A stretch of 44,696 bases of DNA from Methanoregula sp. UBA276 (GTDB lineage: Archaea > Halobacteriota > Methanomicrobia > Methanomicrobiales > Methanospirillaceae), in the NCBI GenBank assembly GCA_002508495.1, contig DANA01000116.1:1-44696 (forward strand), in the 5' to 3' direction. Positions 38,606 through 44,696 of this stretch are shown in pieces. The notes below the pieces were generated by a model that worked only from the letters and a program-made list of their open reading frames with translations, was not told where the DNA came from and made no database searches. Position 1 is the first letter of the stretch, and every line of letters starts with the position of its first letter. Made by a program: the position numbers and the translations under genes.

Positions 38606-39443
38606 GGTGGTTACCCCCGCACCGGCACTGGTGATCGTGGAACCGCTCAAGCGATTCCTTCTCTTCGGCCTGGTAAGTCCGCATGCGCTGCATCAGGCCG
38701 TTGAAATCTACCTGGTGGGCATCGAACTCGGGGCCGTCAACGCAGGCAAACCTGGTCTCGCCCCCTACCGTTACCCGGCACGAACCGCACATGCCGGTGC
38801 CATCGACCATGATCGGGTTGAGGCTGACAAAGGTCCTGATACCTGCCGGGCGGGTGACTTCGGCGGTAACTTTCATCATGATGGTCGGCCCGATGATCCA
38901 GACGGCGCTTACCGGCTCTTTTGCTATGGTCTGTTTTAAGAGATCCGCGGCAAAGCCGTGGAATCCCCGGCTGCCGTCGTCCGTCGATACCTGAAGTTCA
39001 TCACAGACTTCGCCCATCTCGTCTTCCAGGATGAGGAGGCCGGCGTTCCGTGCACCGACAATGCCGATGACCCGGTTACCTGCATTCCGCAGGGCGCGGG
39101 CAATGATGGGAAGGCATGCCGTCCCGACTCCTCCCCCGACAAGCACGCAGGTCCCGAATTTTTTGATCTCGCTTGGTTTGCCAAGCGGTCCTGCCACATC
39201 AAGAATATGGTCGCCTGCTTTCAGGTTCGCGAGATGGGTGGTTGTTTTCCCGACCGCCATGAAGATGACCCGGACCGCATCGCCATCAACCGCCGAAATG
39301 GTGAGCGGGATGCGCTCCCCGCTCTCATCGATGCGGAAGATGAGGAACTGTCCTGCCTGTGCGTTACGGGCAACATGCGGTGCATTCACCCACATCTGGT
39401 AGACCTTGTCGGCAATCGGCCCGGTCTTCTCAATTTTGTACAA
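38598..39443 (-). CDS. nfnA: SudB/PyrK-like FAD/2Fe-2S subunit (NfnA-like)
   Basis: GERIPLTI, GPLGKP, GGGVG, MVDGTGMCGSCRV, ACVDGPEFD; overlaps the large subunit. Confidence 0.85.
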   Translation of the reverse strand: MYKIEKTGPIADKVYQMWVNAPHVARNAQAGQFLIFRIDESGERIPLTISAVDGDAVRVIFMAVGKTTTHLANLKAGDHILDVAGPLGKPSEIKKFGTCVLVGGGVGTACLPIIARALRNAGNRVIGIVGARNAGLLILEDEMGEVCDELQVSTDDGSRGFHGFAADLLKQTIAKEPVSAVWIIGPTIMMKVTAEVTRPAGIRTFVSLNPIMVDGTGMCGSCRVTVGGETRFACVDGPEFDAHQVDFNGLMQRMRTYQAEEKESLERFHDHQCRCGGNHHA

Positions 39444-39504
39444 TTATCTGCCTCCGGTCGTGCAGTTCGCGAGGAAGGTACCTTCCCGTGAAAGTCACTC
39501 CCAG

Positions 39505-41151
39505 TTATTTGGATTCCACCCTCTTTATCTTACGCACCCGCACCGCGACCCCGCGTTTTGAACAACCCATATCTTCAGAAGGGAGCGCCGCCCGGCCGGT
39601 TGCCATGGCACGCGGGCCCACAACCAGCACCTCGTCCCCGTCCCGGATGCCCGCATCTGCCCGGAGCACTCCGGGCACGAGGACATCGCCTTCGGGAACA
39701 AAGTCATCGATATACACGCGGTACCCCGCCGGGATCATGGCCCAGCCATCGAACGTGGGACGCAAAAGGCCGGTGGTGGTATCTATCGAGAAGATCTGCG
39801 CTTTTCCTTTGCTGTAATAGATCTCGGGGTAATGGCCCCGGAGTGTGACCCCTTTCGTATCTGTGTCTGCACCGAACTGGTACGAGATCATGCCATGGAG
39901 CCGGTCGTCCTTTATCTTTCGTTCCCCGGCAAGCGCGGCATCGAGGGCGTTGAGTGCTGCGTCACTGGCTGGCCGTTCCGTGCAGGAATATTCCAGTTCT
40001 ATCCCGCAGGATGCGGCCGCCATCTGCGCGACTTTAAGCGCCCCACCTTCAAGATGGGCAATGATCCGCCGGTAGGGATGCTTCCGGAAATACCGTGCGA
40101 GGATGTCAGCAAGCATGGCACACTCTTCGGCATCCCAGTACCCGGTCACCGGCACATCATAGTGCATGGCCGGGTAGACCGTCTCCAGCTCGCGGGGAAC
40201 CAGCCCGAGCGGGGAGGTGACGATCAGCTCGTGGGCCCGGCCCCCGACTGCTGCCTGGAACCTGCGATGACTCTGCGAGAGCGAGTAGGGTTTCCTTGCC
40301 GAGCAGGGGAGGAGTACAGCAACATCGGCCGTTTTGGGCGGGATGTACCGGGTGACTACCCGTTCAGCAAACCGTCGCACTTCGCCCCGCTGCATGGACT
40401 CGGCGGAATTGGCCCGCAGGGTGCCGGCACGCCCGATAGGCAGGGATCGTTCCAGGAACGAGACGTTCCGGTCAAGGTGGCGCATGACGGCAACCTGCCG
40501 GGCATCCATCCGGCACCGGGCTTCCAGGAGCTCGCGTATCTGGCCGTCTTCGATGAACCGGGTAACGAGGGCTGTCTCCTGCCGCAGGGCATGCCGGTTA
40601 TGCTCTTTGAGATCGCGGGAACGGCAGCCGGGGCAGGAGCAGAGCCCCCGGTCCATTACCTCCTTGGGAAATTCGCCTTCCGGCGTGCAGAAGATCTCCT
40701 GCGCGGATTTGAGGTCAACGGCCTTGTAATCAAAGAGATCAAAACCGCAGGAGCAGAGAATGGCAACCGTTGAGGGGAGGGCGGCAGCCGGGGCGTACCA
40801 TGCCGTGTCGACCGGTGTCTTCTCCTTTAAGTTCACGAGCCAGTCCACGTATGCCCGGGGGTTATCAAACGCGGTATGCCAGCAGGGCACCATCACGCAA
40901 TCCCCGCTTGCGGCGATATTTTCATGGAGCGGGTGGAGGGGGACCGGCTGGCCGGGATTTCCCGGAAAAAACGCGTTCACGAGCGGTGCCGGGGCAGAAA
41001 GCGGGATGTTGGCATTTGCCATCAGATCAAGGGAGGGAAACACCCGTTCCGTATCCAAAGCAGCGGGAAGTTTTACCGGGTCTGCTCCGTCAGCAAGAAA
41101 CGTCCCGGTCCGGGCAAGCCCGTCCCGCTTGCGGATGTCAAACCGCGTCAT
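39505..41151 (-). CDS. arcS: Archaeosine synthase subunit alpha (ArcS/TgtA2)
   Basis: [49 protein letters not shown]-terminal PUA domain. Confidence 0.93.
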   Translation of the reverse strand: MTRFDIRKRDGLARTGTFLADGADPVKLPAALDTERVFPSLDLMANANIPLSAPAPLVNAFFPGNPGQPVPLHPLHENIAASGDCVMVPCWHTAFDNPRAYVDWLVNLKEKTPVDTAWYAPAAALPSTVAILCSCGFDLFDYKAVDLKSAQEIFCTPEGEFPKEVMDRGLCSCPGCRSRDLKEHNRHALRQETALVTRFIEDGQIRELLEARCRMDARQVAVMRHLDRNVSFLERSLPIGRAGTLRANSAESMQRGEVRRFAERVVTRYIPPKTADVAVLLPCSARKPYSLSQSHRRFQAAVGGRAHELIVTSPLGLVPRELETVYPAMHYDVPVTGYWDAEECAMLADILARYFRKHPYRRIIAHLEGGALKVAQMAAASCGIELEYSCTERPASDAALNALDAALAGERKIKDDRLHGMISYQFGADTDTKGVTLRGHYPEIYYSKGKAQIFSIDTTTGLLRPTFDGWAMIPAGYRVYIDDFVPEGDVLVPGVLRADAGIRDGDEVLVVGPRAMATGRAALPSEDMGCSKRGVAVRVRKIKRVESK

Positions 41152-42592
41152 TTCTCACCTCGATGTTGCCAAGCACTTCGCGGATGATCGGGTTCCAGCG
41201 TGCCGGTGCGGAGATGGTAAAGCGGCTGTCCGGGTTCTTCCCTACCAGGAGCCTTACTCCCTCGAGACCTTTTCTCACCATCGCGTCATCCCAGTCCGGG
41301 ATCTCGCAGGGGCCGATCGGGAAGGTCTCCTTGAGTTCCCGGAGATAGGGGCCGAACGGGGGCTTGAAAAAGAGCGTTGTTGCAAACTCGTCCCGCTCGC
41401 CCCCTTCGAACGCAACGAGCACGGTCTTTCCGACCTGTACCCGAGCTATGGTCTCCTGGTACCGGAGCACTTCCGTGCGCTGGCAGCTCTCGTCACCCCG
41501 GTAAAAGAACCGGCGTTTCGAGACCCGGTCGTGCCGGGCAAGTTCCGGTGCATGGTTGAGCAGGGCCCGGAATCCTGCAAGGAGCTGGGGGTGTGCCCGG
41601 CATCGCTCGTCCACGAGTTCCCAGAGCGTGCCGTCAAATATTGCCTGCCGGATCCGTGCGATCTCGGCAAGGGTCACGTGCAGGTTATGGAGGGCGAGCA
41701 GGCGCTCGCGGTCCGGCGCCTGCGTGAGTTCTTCTGCGGTATATTTCCGGCAGACCGCACACGCGCAGGGGAGATCGATAAGTTCCCCGATACGGTAACT
41801 GCCATGCGGGGTCATGTACCGGCCGTCCTTGGCATAGAGGGCATAGGCAGCAGAATCGAAAAGATCGCAGCCCATCGCGGTGGCAAGCGCGAACATGGAC
41901 GGGTGGCCGGCCCCGAAGAGGTGGATGCAGGCCGACGGCGGGAGGGTCCGCTTTGCCGCCATCACAACACTGACCAGGTCCTTGTACCGGTACGCTTCCA
42001 TCAGCGGGACAACTGCGCCTATCGGGCAGAACGAGAACCCGAGATCGGCAACTTCCCTGCCGGCACGTTCGCGGAGGTCAGGAAAGATCCCGCCCTGCAC
42101 CGGCCCGGCCAGCGGGGCGTCGGGACCGAAGACCTCTTTTGCCTCCTTTAAGCGCTCCATGGTGATAGCGAGTTCCCGTTCCGTGGTTGCGCGGTCAGAG
42201 GCCGGGGATGTCGGGATATCGAGGGGGACCCAGATGTCGCTTCTGATATCCCGCTGGAATGCGAGGGTCTCGGTGTTGGTTATCGAGACCTGCCCGTATA
42301 CCGAGAGCTGGAACGAACCGGAGTCGGTCATAATGACCCCGTCAAAGTCAAGCACCTTATGAAGTCCCTCCTCAAGGGCACGTTCGCGGAACTGCCTGCT
42401 CTGGCTGAAGATGTAGGCATTGGTGATGATAGCTTCAACCCCCATCTTCCGGATCTCGGCAGGTGTCACGAGCTGGAGGTGGGGATTGACAACCGGAAGA
42501 AGTGCCGGAGTCCGGATGGTCTTTTTGCCAACCGTCAGTTTGCCGCTCCGGCCCGCAATATCACTGTACAGACTTTCGAATGCAATCGCCAT
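41138..42592 (-). CDS. tgtA: tRNA-guanine(15) transglycosylase (arcTGT)
   Basis: [46 protein letters not shown] Zn site. Confidence 0.96.
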   Translation of the reverse strand: MAIAFESLYSDIAGRSGKLTVGKKTIRTPALLPVVNPHLQLVTPAEIRKMGVEAIITNAYIFSQSRQFRERALEEGLHKVLDFDGVIMTDSGSFQLSVYGQVSITNTETLAFQRDIRSDIWVPLDIPTSPASDRATTERELAITMERLKEAKEVFGPDAPLAGPVQGGIFPDLRERAGREVADLGFSFCPIGAVVPLMEAYRYKDLVSVVMAAKRTLPPSACIHLFGAGHPSMFALATAMGCDLFDSAAYALYAKDGRYMTPHGSYRIGELIDLPCACAVCRKYTAEELTQAPDRERLLALHNLHVTLAEIARIRQAIFDGTLWELVDERCRAHPQLLAGFRALLNHAPELARHDRVSKRRFFYRGDESCQRTEVLRYQETIARVQVGKTVLVAFEGGERDEFATTLFFKPPFGPYLRELKETFPIGPCEIPDWDDAMVRKGLEGVRLLVGKNPDSRFTISAPARWNPIIREVLGNIEVRNDAV

Positions 42593-42646
42593 GCCACACC
42601 GTTATTGTGCCTTTATATGGTATGCCAAACGGTTAAACGGTTCCCC

Positions 42647-43210
42647 TCACCGGTCCTCGGTGAATATCTGCCCTTCAAATGTCAGCACCTCAACGCCTTG
42701 GGTATCCCAGCACCGCCCGGGGAACCCGGCTTTTATGCAGGTGTGATCCAAAAATTCCGTGGCATTCCAGCCGTACTCCGTTGCCACCTGCGGCAGGAGG
42801 AGCCCGCTCCTGCCCCGGCCTTTGATGATAAGACCGTGTTTTCCGACAATCACCTTTGCCGGACGGTCCATCGGGGCCCCGTCCATGACAACCGGGACAG
42901 TCAGTACGGTGACTTCGAGCCGGATGGTTGCCAGTTCCCGTTTTTTTACCGGGAGAAACCGGGGGTCCTGGAGCGCAGCTGCTGTTGCTGCTTCGGCTAT
43001 TGCATCGCCAAGGGGCATTACGGGATAGGGAAAACCGATGCAGCCGCGGAGGTCTCCCTCTATTGTCAGCGTAACAAAAACACCGCGTTTCTCGGAAAAG
43101 ACCGGTGTGAGTACCATTTCCGGTTTTGCCTGGTTCCCGATGACATGATCCAGCGTTCCGCGGGCAAGGCGGAGCGCACGTCTTCCTTCATCCTCACTGA
43201 GCAGGTTCAT
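42647..43210 (-). CDS. AMMECR1 domain protein (TIGR00296 family)
   Basis: GVFVTL...LRGCIG, DPRF, GLLLPQVA, CIKAG. Confidence 0.93.
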   Translation of the reverse strand: MNLLSEDEGRRALRLARGTLDHVIGNQAKPEMVLTPVFSEKRGVFVTLTIEGDLRGCIGFPYPVMPLGDAIAEAATAAALQDPRFLPVKKRELATIRLEVTVLTVPVVMDGAPMDRPAKVIVGKHGLIIKGRGRSGLLLPQVATEYGWNATEFLDHTCIKAGFPGRCWDTQGVEVLTFEGQIFTEDR

Positions 43211-43458
43211 GATACCGTCTCCCTGTTCAAACAGTCCTGTGCGAAGAGAGGATAACAATGTATCTCATCGATTTTCCGTGAGAATGGAGGAGCCGGTTCT
43301 GTCGCCCGGCACACTCCCCCGATCCCGTTATTGGATCCCGGTCCAGTCCGCTGGGAGATGCACGACCAGCGAAACCCCCCGGATCATACGCATTATTCCC
43401 CTGTCCTCCTCTTCCCTTTCCGCTGTGCTTATCTCCCCGTCCGTCCCATAGTACAAGC

Positions 43459-43804
43459 GAGAGGGAGAGAGCGGCCGACGGTGACTCGATTATGAGTTGC
43501 TGAGGAAAGTCCCCCCACCTGTCGGGCACGCAGCCGTACGCAAGTACGGGTGGCGAGAGTCACGGCAATGGCACAGAAACGATACGGCCTGTCACCAGTC
43601 ATGATGCGGTTGAGCCAGCAATGGCGAGAAGTATGCTTCTGCATACGGATAACCCGCTGAGCGTTAACGGGCAGGATACGATGAAACGGCGAATCCCTGC
43701 GGGTGCAAGCCAGAACAGGACGAATGGAGCGCCCGTCCTCCGTCCGGGTTTGGCGCAACAGCTGAATGCCGCTAACAACAAAAGGAGGCTTACTCCTCCC
43801 ACTC
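43459..43804 (+). ncRNA. rnpB: Archaeal RNase P RNA
   Basis: GAGGAAAGTCC (43502), ACAGAAAC, TGAAACGG, TGCAAG, AACAAAAGGAGGCTTACT; complementary ends (GAGGGAG/CTCCTCCC..CTC) form P1. Confidence 0.95.
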
Positions 43805-43911
43805 ACTTCTTTTCAGGAATCATGAACGATTGGTTACCGGCAGATCGTGTGCCGCAAACAAGCAGGTTTTTCCTGTTGTCCTGACCAAGTACCGGTACCA
43901 GAAGTGATGTT

Positions 43912-44696
43912 ATGCTGTCCACCCTCCCGCTTCGAAGAACCCTGCACCATGTCCTCTTAACCGTCCTGATCGCTGCTCTTGCCTGCCCGGCCCTTGCGCT
44001 GGAACTCGGCACCGGTTCTCCCGCAACCGGCACTGCAGCTATATCGAACGGCGATCCGGTCGTCCTCCATGGAATTGCCACCGGTCACCCGCGCGAAGGC
44101 CTCCAGGTCTGGGTTATCGGGAACAATTACCTGAAGATCTCCACTATCCCGGTGAACGATGACAATACGTTCGAGTTCGAGCTCCGTTCGTCCGATACCC
44201 TGAACCTTGCTGCCGGCCAGTACTTTGTCGTGGTTCAGCACCCGATGATGAACGGGCAGTTTGACGTGTATTACGATTCGGCATCCGGCAGGGTCATCAA
44301 CCGGCAGATGGGAACCGGTGGCACTTCGATCTTCCAGATGTCCGGCAGTGGGAGCCTGCAGGGGCCGGCGAGTGCACAGGCACTGGTCAGTGCTATCAGC
44401 AGCCAGGATATCGATGATACCTTCACGACCTACACATTCCTCATAAACCCGTCAGCAGCATTCATCAATCCCATCGGCGACCATGCGGTCGGTGACCGGT
44501 TCACTATCAGCGGGTCCACGAACCTTGCGGTCGGTGACCAGCTGACAATCGAGGTCACGTCATCCTCGTTCGCCCCGACCAATAAAGCAATGGCGGGTGA
44601 GTTTTCTGGGGCAAGCGGCGTTGTGGAGGTCGTAGCCGGTTCCGGCGGGTACAACCGCTGGAATTTCGATCTCGATACCGCGACATTCAGGCCCGA
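43912..44696 (+). CDS. Exported S-layer-related protein (DUF3821/Methanomicrobiales S-layer-like), 3'-truncated by window; absent from ORF track
   Basis: Open frame MLSTLPL...ALACPALA signal, GQYFVVVQHPMMNG, FTISGSTNLAVGD, runs off the window end. Confidence 0.8.
   Translation, partial: MLSTLPLRRTLHHVLLTVLIAALACPALALELGTGSPATGTAAISNGDPVVLHGIATGHPREGLQVWVIGNNYLKISTIPVNDDNTFEFELRSSDTLNLAAGQYFVVVQHPMMNGQFDVYYDSASGRVINRQMGTGGTSIFQMSGSGSLQGPASAQALVSAISSQDIDDTFTTYTFLINPSAAFINPIGDHAVGDRFTISGSTNLAVGDQLTIEVTSSSFAPTNKAMAGEFSGASGVVEVVAGSGGYNRWNFDLDTATFRP

Noticed and set aside
42627-42642. AAACGGTT tandem repeat upstream of tgtA
   Set aside because: Only two 8-mers; too short to separate from chance
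43227-43884. Short ORFs overlapping 43459-43804
   Set aside because: The region is the RNase P RNA gene

Overview
Archaeal DNA from a methanogen; gene content and style point to Methanomicrobiales, probably Methanoregula-like (inference). From left to right: the 3' part of an ACDS operon (cdhB partial, cdhC, cdhD, cdhE) followed by a RACo-type ASKHA/2Fe-2S activator; a SAM methyltransferase; PEGA surface proteins; DedA; an RFA-P synthase/GHMP-family gene; a DUF2148 ferredoxin-like gene; a PaaI thioesterase; a GT2; an FAD oxidoreductase; a Zn-ribbon/STIG1-like Cys-rich membrane protein; an SSS symporter with an unannotated 36-aa partner peptide; a lactate permease; aroK; cimA/leuA-ilvB-ilvN; an accessory block with an AbiE-like type IV toxin-antitoxin pair and two unknown genes; DUF2115; a ppk1/CHAD-HD/ppx polyphosphate operon; an nfnAB/sudAB-like pair; arcS-tgtA-AMMECR1; the RNase P RNA; and a truncated S-layer-like gene. 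The most notable unexplained structures are (1) a family of modular hairpin-rich intergenic repeats, shuffled and inverted, at three convergent gene junctions; (2) the AbiE-like pair with a PD-(D/E)XK-like N-terminus and palindromic operators around its TATA box; (3) two genes whose best RBS-supported start codons are non-canonical (ACG, CTG). All alignments were made by eye and no searches were run.
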